From: the human T2T-CHM13v2.0 reference genome, Homo sapiens | Assembly: GCA_009914755.4 (NCBI GenBank) | Contig: CP068257.2 | Location: 27,040,001-27,104,000, forward strand | Direction: 5' to 3' | Length of the DNA: 64,000 bases | Part shown: in pieces, positions 17,875-29,290 of the stretch | How the letters are laid out: every line of letters begins with the position of its first letter | Numbering within the stretch: the first letter of the stretch is position 1 | Position numbers and translations under genes: made by a program | Notes under the pieces: generated by a model | Database searches by the model: none | What the model was told of the DNA's origin: nothing | Seen by the model: the letters and a program-made list of their open reading frames with translations, nothing else

Positions 17875-18178
17875 GGCCGGACGCAGTGGCTCACGCCTGT
17901 AATCCTAGCACTTTGGAAGGCTGAGGCGGGAGGATCACGAGGTCAGGAGATTGGAGATCAAGGCCATCCTAGCTAACACGGTGAAACCCCGTCTCTACTA
18001 AAAATACAAAAAATTAGCCGGGCGTGGTGGCGGGCGCCTATAGTCTCAGCTACTCAGGAGGCTGAGGCAGGAGAATGGCGTGAACCCAGGAGGCGGAGCT
18101 TGCAGTGAGCCGAGATGGCGTCACTGCACTCCAGCCTGGGCAACAGAGCGAGACTCTGTCTCAAAAAAAAAAAAAAAA
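17875..18178 (+). mobile_element. AluY-type Alu with A16 tail and 8-bp TSD 'aagattca'.
   Basis: 'ggccggacgcagtggctcacgcctgtaatcctagcactttgg...gatcacgaggtcaggagattggagatcaaggccatcctagctaacacggtgaaaccccgtctctactaaaaatacaaaaaattagccgggcgtggtggcgggcgcc...' followed by a poly-A. 'aagattca' is at 17866-17873 and again right after the tail, at about 18177-18184. Confidence 0.9.
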
Positions 18179-18425
18179 GATTCAACATTGTAAAACTTTG
18201 CTGAACTTTCTCCTCCTAGCTAGGCTGAGTCAGGTATGAAGGCCAATATGCGATCTTTTATCTTGACTTTCTTATGCCCAAAATACTGCCTGATGCAGTT
18301 AGTGCTTAATATTTTTTTCTAAATGAACAAATAATGAACCAGTGAAAAAATATATATAGCAGCTTGTCTTAGTTCATTCAGACTGCTACAACAAAATACC
18401 ATTGCTATAGTTTGTTTTGTTTAAC

Positions 18426-18526
18426 CCCTCCAAATCTCATGTTGAAATCTGATCCCCATGTTGAAGATGGGGCCTAATGACAGGTATTTGGGTTGTGGGG
18501 GCAGATCTCTCATAAATGACTTGGTG
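18426..18526 (+). mobile_element. 5' part of an MST-type (MaLR) LTR, interrupted by the THE1 insertion that follows.
   Basis: 'ccctccaaatctcatgttgaaatctgatccccatgttgaagatggggcctaatgacaggtatttgggttgtgggggcagatctctcataaatgacttggtg' matches the 5' end of the MST/MLT-type LTR consensus. The continuation of the same LTR resumes at about 20745. Confidence 0.5.
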
Positions 18527-20728
18527 TGTGTATTAGTCTGTTCTCACACTGCTAATAAAGACATACCCAAGACTGGGTAATTTATAAAGAGGAAACATTT
18601 AATTGACTCAGTTCAGCATAGCTAGGGAGGCCTCACAATCATGGTGGAAGGTGAATGAGGAACAAAGTCATGTCTTACATGGAAGCAGGCAAGAGAGCTT
18701 GTGCAGGGGAACTCCCATTTATAAAACCATCATATCTCATGAGACTTATTCACTACCATGAGAACCGCCCCCATGATTCAATTATCTCCACCTGGCCCCA
18801 CCCTTGACACGTGGGGATTATTACAATTCACGGTGAGATTTGGGTAGGGACACAGCCAAACCATATCATTCTGCCCCCGCCCCCTCCCAAATCTCATGTC
18901 CTCAAATTTCAAAACCAATCATGCCTTCCCAATGGTCCCCCAAAGTAAGTCTTACTTAACTCATTTCAGCATTAACTTAAAAGTCCACAGTCCAAAGTCT
19001 CATCTAAGACAAGGCAAGTCTCTTCCACCTATGAGCCTGTAAAATCAAAAGCAAGTTAATTACTTCCCAGATACAATGGGGGTTGTATCAGTCCAATTTC
19101 ACACTGCTGATAAAGACATACCCGAGACTCGGTAATTTTTATATATATATATAAAGGTTGAAGGAACTCACAGTTCCACATGGCTGAGGAGGCCCCACAA
19201 TCACAGCAAAAGGCAAAAGGCACATCTTACTATGGCAGCAAACAAGAGAGAATGAGAGCCAAGTGAAAGGGGTTTCCCCTTATAAAACCATCAGATCTTA
19301 TAAGACTTATTCACTACCACAAGAACAGTTTTGTGGGAAACTGCCCCCATGATTCAATTATCTCCCATCAGGTCCCTCCCACAACACATGGGAATTATGG
19401 GAGCTACAATTCAAGATGGGATTTGGGCAGGGACACAGCCAAACCACAACCGGGGTACAGGCATTGGGTAAATATACCCATTCCAAATGAAAGAAGTTGG
19501 CCAAAACAAAGGGCTACAGGCCCCACGTAAGTCTAAAATTCAACAGGGCAGTCTTTAAACCTTAAAGTTCCAAAATAATCTCCTTTGACTCCATGTCTCG
19601 CATCCAGGTTGCACTGATTCAAGTGGATTCCCATGGTCTCGGGTAGCTCTGCCCCTGTGGCTTTGCAGGGTATAGCCCCTCTCCTGGCTACTTTCATGGG
19701 TTGTCATTGAGTTTCTGTAGCTTTTCTAGGCACACGGTGCAAGCAGTCTGGATCTACCATTCTGGGGTCTAGCGGATGGTGGCCTTCTTCTCACAGCTCC
19801 TCTAAGCAGTGTCCCAGTAAGAACTCTGTTTGAGGACTCCCATCCCACATTTCCCTTTGGCACTGCCCTAGCAGAGGTTCTCCATGAGGGCTCTGCCCCT
19901 GGAACACAACTCTACCTAGACATCCAGGAATTTCCATACATCCTCTGAAATCTAGACAGAGGTTCCCAAACTGCATTTCTTGACCTCTGTACACCTGCAG
20001 GCCCAACATCATGTGTAAGCCACCAAGGCTTGGGGTTTGCACCCTCTGAAGCCACAGCCTGAGCTGTACCTTGGCCTCTTCTAGCCATGGCTGGAACTGA
20101 GGCAGCTGGGACACGGGGCACCATGTCCGGAGGCTGCACACAGCAGGGGAGCCCTGGACCTGGCCAAGGAAAACATTTTTTTTTCTCCTAGGCCTTCAGG
20201 CCTGTAAGGTGAAGAGCTGCTATGAAAGTCTCTGACATGCCCTGGAGACATTTTCCCTGTTGTCTTGGTTATTAACATTTGGTTCCTCATTACTTATGCA
20301 ATTTTCTGCAGCAGGCTTGAATTTCTCCCCCAGAAAATGGGTTTTTCTTTTCTACTGCATTTTAAGCCTGCAAATTTTTCAAACTTTTATGATCTGCTTC
20401 CTGTTGAATGCTTTGCTGCTTAGAAATTTCTTTCCCCAGATACCCTAAATGCTCTCTCTCAAGTTTAAAATTCCACAGATCTCTAGGGCAAGGGCAAAAT
20501 GCTGCCAGTCTCTTTGCATAGCAAGAGGGACCTTTACTCCAGTTCCCAACAGGTTCCTCATCTCCATCTGAGATCATCCCAGCCTGGACCTTATTGTCCA
20601 GATCACTATCAGCATTTTGGTCAAAACCATTCAACAAGTCTCTAGGAAATTCCAAACTTTCCCACATCTGCCTGTCTTCTTCTGAGCCCTCCAAACTGTT
20701 CCAACCTCTGTCTGTTACCCAGTTCCAG
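18527..20728 (-). mobile_element. THE1 (MaLR) element: 3' LTR plus internal region, on the minus strand and lacking its 5' LTR. It is itself interrupted by a solo THE1 LTR at 19084-19451.
   Basis: The THE1 LTR (reverse complement) runs 18527-18868, ending '...cacagccaaaccatatca'. THE1 internal sequence then follows, also as reverse complement: 'ccccctcccaaatctcatgtcctcaaatttcaaaaccaatcatgccttcccaatggtccccc...atacaatgggg' (18869-19083) and 'ggggtacaggcattgggtaaatatacccattccaaatg...ccagttccag' (19452-20728). These two stretches are contiguous in the THE1-int consensus. Confidence 0.7.
19084..19451 (-). mobile_element. Solo THE1-type LTR nested inside the THE1 internal region, with a 5-bp TSD GGGGT.
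   Basis: 'tgtatcagtccaatttcacactgctgataaagacatacccgagactcggtaattt...cccccatgattcaattatctcccatcaggtccctcccacaacacatgggaattatgggagctacaattcaagatgggatttgggcagggacacagccaaaccacaacc'. 'ggggt' is at 19079-19083 and 19452-19456. The host internal sequence is continuous across the insertion. Confidence 0.65.
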
Positions 20729-20744
20729 CGTGTCTTCAGAGTAA

Positions 20745-21040
20745 TGAGTGACTTCTCACTCTATTAGTTTCCACAAGAGCTAGTTGTTGAAAAGAAGCTG
20801 CCACCTTCTTTCTCTCTTGCCAGGTAATCTTTGCACATATTAGCTCCCCTTCACTTTCACCATGAGTGGAAGCTCCCTGAAGCCCTCATCAGAAACAGAT
20901 GCTGTCACCAGGCTTCTTGTACAGCCTGCAGAATCATGAGCCCAAAAAAAAAAAAAAAAAAAAATCTTTTCTTTAAGAATTACCCAGTCTCGGGTATTCC
21001 TTTAGCTTACAGTAATACAAACAAACAGACAACCATAGAC
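20745..21040 (+). mobile_element. 3' part of the MST-type LTR split by the THE1 insertion. Its AATAAA region has expanded into an A21 homopolymer (20944-20964).
   Basis: 'tgagtgacttctcactctattagtttccacaagagctagttgttgaaaagaagctgccacc...ggcttcttgtacagcctgcagaatcatgagccc[A21]tcttttctttaagaattacccagtctcgggtattcctttagcttacagtaatac' parallels the MST consensus '...gagttctcactctattag...cttcttgtacagcctgcagaaccatgagccaattaaacctcttttctttataaattacccagtctcaggtatt...'. Confidence 0.5.
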
Positions 21041-21042
21041 AC

Positions 21043-21295
21043 GGTGACTTGTAAACAATGGGAATTTATTTCTCACAGTTCTGGAGGCTGGAAGTCCAAG
21101 ATCAGGGCAGATTCAGTGTCTTGTAAGGGCCTGATTCTCTGGCTCATAAACAGTGTCTTTTTACTGTGTTCTCACATGGAAGAGGTGAACAAGCTCCTGT
21201 GGGCCTCTTCTATAAGGAGATGGATCTCACTCATGAAGGTTCAACCCTCCTGATTAAACCACCTCACAAAGGACCCACTTCTTAATACTATTGTA
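21043..21295 (+). mobile_element. MaLR/MST-like LTR fragment of the 'ttctcacagttctggaggctggaagtccaagatcagg' family.
   Basis: 'gggaatttatttctcacagttctggaggctggaagtccaagatcagggcagattcagtgtcttgtaagggcctgattctctggctcataaacagtgtc...ctcacatggaagaggtgaacaagctcctgtgggcctcttctataaggagatggatctcactcatgaaggttcaaccctcctgattaaaccacctcacaaagg'. Related copies are at 22373-22520 and 32040-32405. The exact family name is uncertain. Confidence 0.45.
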
Positions 21296-21864
21296 TTGCA
21301 GTTTAACTATCAATATATGAATTTAGGAAACACACGAAGATTCAGACCATAGCACATCATACAACTTTTAGCTGGAGCATGAGCTCTGGAGCCAACTGTG
21401 TTTGAATCACTATGCAACTACTTACTAGCTGTGTGCTGTTAGAATGGGCTTTTTAACCTCTCTTTAACTCAATTTTCTCATAAACTGGAGAGCAGATATA
21501 TATATATAAAGCCTGCTTCATAGCTTTAAATCGGTTAAAATGAAAAATTGTTTAAAATAATGTTGAGCACATTACAAATAATATGTTAGTGCTTACTGAC
21601 ATTATAATTGTAATTACTTGTATTACAGCATACATGCCAGGAATACAAAGACTTGGTCCTATCCCCCCTCAAGCGGAGAGATTCTTTTTTAAAGAATTAT
21701 TTAATTTAAAAAAAGAAAGAAAAGAAATGAGGAATGACTATGAAAATGTGTAACTAATACAGTAAAACCAACAAAAGCTGTAAATAAGATCAAAAAACTG
21801 CAATTTTATGAAGGATTGAAGTATTACAAGGCTAAGAAAAACTAATTTTTTCTACTCCATCTCC

Positions 21865-22020
21865 TATGAACTGTTTGAGCAAACATATTTTCACTGATTA
21901 GATGTTTTCACTGATTAGATATTTTCATGAATATATTTTCTATGAACTGTTTGAACAAAGACATTTTCACTGATTAGATATTTTCCCTGATTAGATATTT
22001 TCCCTGACTAGATAGATCAA
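21865..22020. repeat. Minisatellite: a ~76-bp unit duplicated in tandem, each unit containing 2-3 copies of an ~18-bp motif TTTTC(A/C)CTGATTAGATAT.
   Basis: 'tatgaactgtttgagcaaacatattttcactgattagatgttttcactgattagatattttcatgaatatattttc' is followed by 'tatgaactgtttgaacaaagacattttcactgattagatattttccctgattagatattttccctgactagatagatc'. Confidence 0.8.
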
Positions 22021-23526
22021 TTATGTTTTTAAAAAGACAAACTATATCTTGCATACCTACCCCGACCAAACCCCACATGGGTGGCGAATGAAATCCATCA
22101 CCAAAACTTATCAGAATTCACATTATCCCATGGTTTTGCATATTCTTTATAAGATCAACCAAAATGTAAGCATTCATGTGTTTTTTTAATCTCTGAAATG
22201 TTCACCTCCTAATATTATTTCATATTTTAATTCATGCAACCATTGCTCAAATTATTGTTGGAAGTCATCTTTCTGAATGGCCTCTAGTAGTAATTCATGA
22301 ACCACCAGAGAAAATCTAAACTATGCTTTTTAGTTAAAATTACCCTTTTAATGAAATGCTACATGACTGTCTTAGTCTGTTTGTGTTACTATTGCAAAGT
22401 ATCTTAGTCTGAATAATTTATAAACAACAGAACTTATTTCTTACCATTCTGGATGCTGAGAATTCCAAGAGCAAGGCACAAACAGTTTTGGTGTGTGGTG
22501 AGGGCCTGCTTCCTGGTTCACAGATCGTGCCTTGTAGCTATGTCCACATTTAGGAAAAATGAATACATTGAAATTGTCCAAAGATTTTGAAGATATTAAG
22601 TTGGGTCAAAATTTACAGGTAAGTTTATCAGTCAGCTGAGTTTGAATTATTTTAGGAGAAAGATTAATGTGGGACCAAACAAAAATTTAACAAGAAGAAT
22701 ACATGATTTTTTAAAGTATCATTGGCATTTTAGGGTTTGATAAAGGTAAAAATAAAATTGCATTCACTGAACTTTAGTTCGATTTAAGATTTTATCAAAT
22801 TTAAGAGAAATTTGTTTACCAAGAAGATATAATCAATAAAAGGGTGGAGTGCCAAGGGCAGGTATAAAAGTTTTTCATTAAATATATTTAAGGAAAAAGT
22901 TTGCAAGCACAAACATGTCTGTCCTCTTTTCAACTTTGAGTTTGTTAACACTGTGCAAGAACAGATGGTTCAGATAGGGTTTCGTCATGCCCCATGAAAT
23001 GGGAACTGCAAACGCTTGATTTATGTGACAAGAATCCTTACTCAGATTAATTTCATTGAATTTTACAATTAAATCACTAAAATATTACCATGTTTTCCAT
23101 ATCATTTAGATTTCTTCAATACAGTTTAATAAATTTATACCAATTTTCTTTCCCCAAAACTAAATGCTAAATAAAGCAGCAACTGATCCTTAAGGTGAGA
23201 AACAGACCAACAGTCCCTGGCCAACACAGTGTTTGAGACTTAACAAAACATCCAGGAGGAGAAATGCATCCCCAGGGTGTCCCCATCTCTCTTCCTCTTC
23301 CCAAGTAGTGACCCCCTTCCCCTCTCCTCCCACCAGGGAATTGGTGTCACCCCCACTATGTAGCTTTTCCTATTCTGCTTTGCCTCTCTAACTTTGTTCT
23401 CTCAATAATACCTCTATTATGACAACTGTCCTCATCATAATCAATGGTATTTGAAGTATTGTTCACCTCAGAAGAACACGTTTCCATTTTTAAACAGTCA
23501 TCAAAATATTTTGCTTTCTCAAAAAA

Positions 23527-24717
23527 CAAGGGGAATTATTAAGATGGATAGACTACTAGCTAGACTAATAAAGAAAAAAAGAGAGAATATCCAAATAAAC
23601 ACAATCAGAAATAACCATGGGGACATTACCGCCAACCCCACAGAAATAATATTTTAAAAAGCCTTCAGAGACTACTATGAACACTGCTATGCACGCAAGC
23701 TAGAAAACCTAGAAGAAATGGATAAATTCCTGGAAATGCAACCTTCCAAGATTAAACCAGAAATAAACTGAATCTCTGAACACACCAATGATGAGTTCAG
23801 AAATTGAATCCGTAATAAAAAGCCTACCAACCAGAAAAAGTCCAGGACCAGAAAGATTCACAGCCAAATTCTACCAGATGCATAAAGAGCTGGTACCATT
23901 CCTATTGAAGCTATTTCAGAAAATTGAGGAGGAGGGGCTCTTCCCTAACTCATTGTATGAGGCCAGTATCATCCTGATACCAAAAGCTTGCAGAAACACA
24001 CACACACACACAAAGAACACTTTAGGACAATATCCCTGATGAACATAGATGCAAAAATCCTCAACAAAATATTAACAAACTGAATCCAGTAGCACATCAG
24101 AAAGCTAACCTACCAGGATCAAGGAGGCTTTATCCCTGGGATGCAAGGTTGGTTCAACATATGCAAACCAATAACTCTAATTAATCACATAAACAGAACT
24201 AAAAACAAAAACCATATGATTATCTCAACAGCTGCAGAAAAAGCTTTTGATAAACTCCAACATGCCTTCATGATGAAAACCCTCAACTAGGCATTGAAGG
24301 AACATACTTCAAAATAGTAACAGCCATCTATGACAAAGCCACAGCCAACATCATACAGAATGGCCAAAAGCTGGAAGCATTCCCCTTGGAAACCAGAACA
24401 AGACAAGAATGCCCTCTCTCTCCACTCCTATTCAACATAATACTAGAAGTCCTTGCCAGAGCATTCAGGCAAGAGAAAGATATAAAAGGCATCCAAATAG
24501 GAGGAGAAGAAGTCAAACTATCCCTCTCTGCAGATATGATTCTATATACCTAGAAAACTCCATACCTCTGACCAAAACCCCTTGATCTGATAAACAACTT
24601 CAGCAAAGTTTCAGTATACAAAATTAATGTACAAAAATCAGTATCATTCCTATACACCAGCAACATATAAGCTGAGATTCAAATCAAGAATACAATCCCA
24701 TTCACAATAGCCACACA

Positions 24718-24765
<48 letters not shown>

Positions 24766-26496
24766 AAACCTAGAAATATAGCTAACCAGGGTGGTGAAAG
24801 ATTTCTACAATGAGAATTATAAAACACTGTTCAAAGAAATCAGAGGTGACATAAACAAATGGAAAAACATCCCATGTGCATGGATAGGAAGAATCAATAT
24901 CATTAAAATGGCCATATTGCCCAAAGCAATTTACAGATTCAATGCTATTCCTATCAAACTACCAATGACATTCTTCATATAATTAGAAAAAACTATTTTG
25001 AAATTCATATGGAACCAAAAAAGAGCTCAAATAGCCAAGGCAAACCTAAGAAAAAAAGAGTAAACTAGAGGCATCACATTTCTCAATTTCAGACTGTACT
25101 ATAAGTCTACAGTAACCAAAACAGCACGGTACCACTACAAAAACATATACACAGACCAATAAAAGAGAATTGAGAGCTGAGAAATAACGCAGCACACCTA
25201 CAAGCATCTGATCTTCAACAAAGTCACAAAAACAAGCAACAAAGAAAGGACTCCCTATTTAATAAATGGTTCTGGGATAACTAGCTAGCCATATGCAGAA
25301 GATTGAAACTGGACCCCTGCCTATTACCATATACAAAAACCAACTCAAGATGGAATAAAGACTTAAATGTAAAACCTAAAACTATAAAAACCCAGATGGT
25401 AACCTAGGAAGTACCATTCTGGAAATAGGACCTGGCAAAGATCTTATGACAAAGATGCCAAAAGCTATTGCAACAAAAAAAAAAAATTGACAAATGTGAC
25501 CTAATTAAATTTAAGAGCTTCTTCACAGCAAAAGAAACTATCAACAGACTAAACAGACAACCTACAGAATGGGAGAAAATATTTGCAAACTATGCATCAG
25601 AATCTATAAGGAGCTTAAATCAATAAGCATAAAACATACAACCCCATTAAAACATGGGCAAAGAACATGAACAGGCACTTTTCAAATGAAGACACACACG
25701 CAGCCAACAAGCATATGAAAAAATGTTCAGTGTCTCTAATCATTAGAGAAATGCAAATCAAAACCACAATGAGATACCATCTCACACCAGTCAGAATGAC
25801 TATTATCAAAAAGTCAATAAATAACAGATTCTAGTGAGGGTGCAGGGAAATGGAAACACTTATACACAGCTGGTGGGAATGTAAATTATTTCACACATTG
25901 TGGAAAGCAGTTTGGTGATTTCTCAAAGATCTCAAAGCAGAATTACCATTCAACCCAGCAATCTCATTATAGGGTATATACCCAAAGGAATATAAATCAT
26001 TCTACCATAAAGATACATGCACTTGTATGTTCATTGCAGCACTATTCCCAATACCAAAGATGTGGAATCAACCTAAATGCCCATCAATGGTAGACTGGGT
26101 AAACAAAATGTGTGACATATACACAATGGAATACTACACAGCCATAAAAAAAGAATGAGATCATGTCCTTTGCAGCAACATGGATGGAGCTGGAGATCAT
26201 TATCCTAAGTGAACTAGCACAGGAACAAAAAAGCCAAATACCATGTTCTCACTTATAAGTGGAAGCTAAACATTGTGTACACATGGACACAAAGAAGTGA
26301 ACAACAGACACTGGAGCCTACCTGAGGGAAAGAGACTAGGAGGAGGATGAGAATCAAAAACACTACCTATCAGGTACTGTGCTTATTACTTGGCTGGTGA
26401 AATAATCTTTACACCAAACCCTGGCAACACACAATTTACTTATATAACAAACCTGCACATGTACCCCTGAAACTAAAATAAAAGTTAAAAAAAAAA
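23527..26496 (+). mobile_element. 5'-truncated old L1 (L1PB/L1MA-like). It covers the ORF2 reverse-transcriptase region through the 3'UTR and poly-A, and contains internal (CA)n microsatellites.
   Basis: The reading frames are heavily decayed. Reading frames give '[32 protein letters not shown]', '[55 protein letters not shown]' and '[39 protein letters not shown]'. The 3' end is '...aatttacttatataacaaacctgcacatgtacccctgaaactaaaataaaagttaaaaaaaaaa'. (CA)n runs lie at 24706-24762 and 23993-24012. Confidence 0.85.
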
Positions 26497-27723
26497 GGTG
26501 GGGGAAGGATGATTCCCTGTAGGATCGCTGGCTGGACAGATGGGGAGGGGATGCAATAAGCATTATTATCCTGGTTTTGCAGGTTAAGGCCAGGGAGAGA
26601 ATAAAGCCAACCTCATTAAGCACCAGATGTCAGGCACCACATTGGAAGTCTTGCTTCCTTTTTCTAACATAGTCTTTACAATAATGCTCCATGTTACTGA
26701 CATTGTATTATGAAATAAGAAGCTCATGAGAGGAACTAAGCATCTTTTATCTGCTCATCCTTTATCTATGGATAAAGACAGGCTGAAACCCCAGACTTCT
26801 GTTCCAGTGCTCTATCCATGGGTCCAAGCCAAAGGCAGCACTTCCCTGTGGTAGCTGTTACTGTATTTCATTTCTTACGTTCCACATCCCTTACATTTTA
26901 TCAGCATCCTCTGGAACAGGAAAGAACATTGTTTTTATAGAAGTACATTCGTCCCGTGTAAAATTTATTGGATGCTCTGATTCAGAGTTACAGAAAAAAA
27001 ATTACAGTGTAGTAACACTATATTTAATGAGGTGTTACATATTTTCCATCCTTCTCTTGGCATTTTAGACATTATTCTCTTAGGTCAGGACACCAACATT
27101 TCATGCTGTTTTCGTGGACTTGAAGCTTACTTGACTATGGTTAATGCTAATTAATATTGTGAACCCATACAACATGTCTGCTCATGTCACATTAGCATTG
27201 AAACACTATCCAAACTATTGTTTTGGAAGTTAAGATACTGAAGAAATAAACCCCTTGATATATAAACAGTAGCTTGGAGGTCATGTTTCTAGCACCTTCT
27301 CGTGCCTTGAAAATTAGCTAAGTTAGCTGCATCTTCCTAGAACTGTAGAGGGAAGCCAGAGGTAGTTCAAAATGCTGACTTTCTATAAACTAAGCCCAGC
27401 TGGGGAATATAATTCAGACCACATAGAAAACACTTTTTCCCCATTTTTATCCCTTCTCAGACCTCCTAATGCACTGCTCAAGCAATTAAATCTCCTTATA
27501 CTCATGAGGCATTTCCTAAGTGCCCTGAGACTTCAAACAAAACGCATGGCTGGTTAAAGGTTTGCTTTTTTTACGTCCTGGTAGAAAATTTATATTGGAT
27601 CTGGGACACCATCTGGGTGAGAAACAAGTGATTAGGGTGTTAGCTCTAAACCCCTTGCTTAGCAATTTTACTAAATATTTTCTTCATACCATGATATTCA
27701 GCATGTTCCAGAAGGTTTTGGCA

Positions 27724-27745
27724 AAAAAAAAAAAAAAAAAAAACT
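27724..27745. repeat. A22 homopolymer.
   Basis: 'ggttttggcaaaaaaaaaaaaaaaaaaaaaacttattcc'. There is no adjacent Alu or L1 body and no AATAAA within 30 bp upstream. Confidence 0.7.
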
Positions 27746-28814
27746 TATTCCCATTATACTAGGGTTATGAAATGCAGGTAGGTTTTGAATGGACACAGAA
27801 GGGAACAAGCGTTTAAAAAAAAGTCAAATTGCTTCAGGTAAGCCTAATTTACCCCTGACTTTCAGCGGTCATTCATAGGAAAACTGTCACCCCTAAGATG
27901 TACTAAAATTACTCTGAAGTAATTTAAAGCCAATTTAAAGCCAATCATTTAAAATAAATGTTGATGACAAAGTATACAAGTTTCAAAATAAAAATGCTGA
28001 ATGTAAACACAACTTAATTTGTCCTGGTCCCTGTACCAGGTGGAGCATGTAAAGGCAGCAAGCACTGATGTTTTCCTGGCTTGGCAAACTGCCTCACTGG
28101 CTTCAAACTGCTTTGGCACTTCTAATTTTACATTCGGAGTAACGGCCTCCTTCCCTCTTCACTGCTGCTATCGTTCGTACTTGCTGGTCTCCCTCTAGGC
28201 ATCTTTGGCTTGAAGTCAACAAAATTACGTGAGGGTGAAAGAAATAGAAACTGCAGTTTTCTCTCCAAGCAGCTTGGTAAATTTTCATTTCTTTTCTTTT
28301 TTCTTGTCCTACCTTGACTTATTCCTACCACTATCATACTACTAGATCAAGGCTCAAAATATTAACAAATATTTTTTAACATTTTACTGAGCCCATTCTC
28401 TCCTATACATTGAAATCTATATGTCTATGGACTTTAAATAACTACAATGAAGAATTTCATTGATTTGAATAATTTTAAGACTCTTTTTTACTACTTTTCT
28501 TTTCTTTATCTACCCAAAGAAAAATCAAGATTTTTAAATAATTTCTTCAGGAGGCTACCTTCCTAACTCATTCATTGATAGAAGGAAAGACTTAGAAATA
28601 GGTTCCCATGTGTTCCTCATGACAGAAATAGAAAACCAACATAATATCTCTTGGCTTCTTCTCTTATTACTTGGTTAATATGTTAGCTGCATAGTACAGC
28701 CTACACAATACTGTACTTGAGAGTGAAGAGTTGGGAGTCAGAAAAATGTCCAACTTCAAAGACTCTGCTGTATTCATTTTCCACCATAATGAATTACCAT
28801 AAACTTAGAGGTTT

Positions 28815-29290
28815 AAAGCAACCCAAATGTATTATCTGACGGTTCTGTAGGCTAGAAGTCCAACAAGGCTCTCGCTGGGCCAAAATCAAGGTGTCTGCAG
28901 GACTGTGTTCCTTTCTGGAGACTCTAAGGGTAAATCAACGTTCTCGCCTTTTCCAGCTTCCAGAGACTTTCCACATTCCATGACTCATGACTCCCTCCCC
29001 CATCTTCAAAGCCAAATGCAACAAAAATGCAGAGAAATGCAATTCTCTGACCATTCTGTAATTCCATCTTCCTTTCTCTGATCACAATGGGAAAGGTTGT
29101 CTGCTCTTAAGATTAGCTTGAGCCCACTTGGATAATCCAAGATAATTTCTAAATCTTAAAGTCTTTAATATCACATCTTCAAAGTCATTTTTGCCTTGTA
29201 AGGCAACATATTCACACATTCCAAGAATTAGGATGTAGACATCTTTGAAGTGGTCATTATTCTACCTACCACACCACCTATCAGTGCCTC
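28815..29290 (+). mobile_element. MLT1-type (MaLR) LTR, diverged.
   Basis: 'ctgacggttctgtaggctagaagtccaacaaggctctcgctgggccaaaatcaaggtgtctgcaggactgtgttcctttctggagactctaaggg...cttttccagcttccagag...cccatcttcaaagccaaatgcaac...ttgagcccacttggataatccaagataatttc...tcttcaaagtcatttttgccttgtaaggcaacatattcacacattccaagaattaggatgtagacatctttgaagtggtcattattctacctaccaca' follows the MLT1 consensus order. Confidence 0.45.

Noticed and set aside
19791-20694. Cluster of minus- and plus-strand ORFs (19791-20141, 19912-20139, 20081-20290, 20362-20694, 20260-20448) that looks like overlapping genes.
   Set aside because: All lie inside THE1 internal sequence. MaLR elements are non-autonomous and non-coding, and the frames are mutually overlapping and low-complexity.
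21865-22020. Considered whether the repeat array could be CRISPR-like.
   Set aside because: The units abut without unique spacers and the context is primate nuclear DNA. It is a minisatellite.
27560-27745. Considered a short processed retrocopy, with the A22 serving as an mRNA tail.
   Set aside because: There is no AATAAA within about 30 bp upstream, no recognisable mRNA-like sequence, and no TSD I could identify. It is reported only as a homopolymer.
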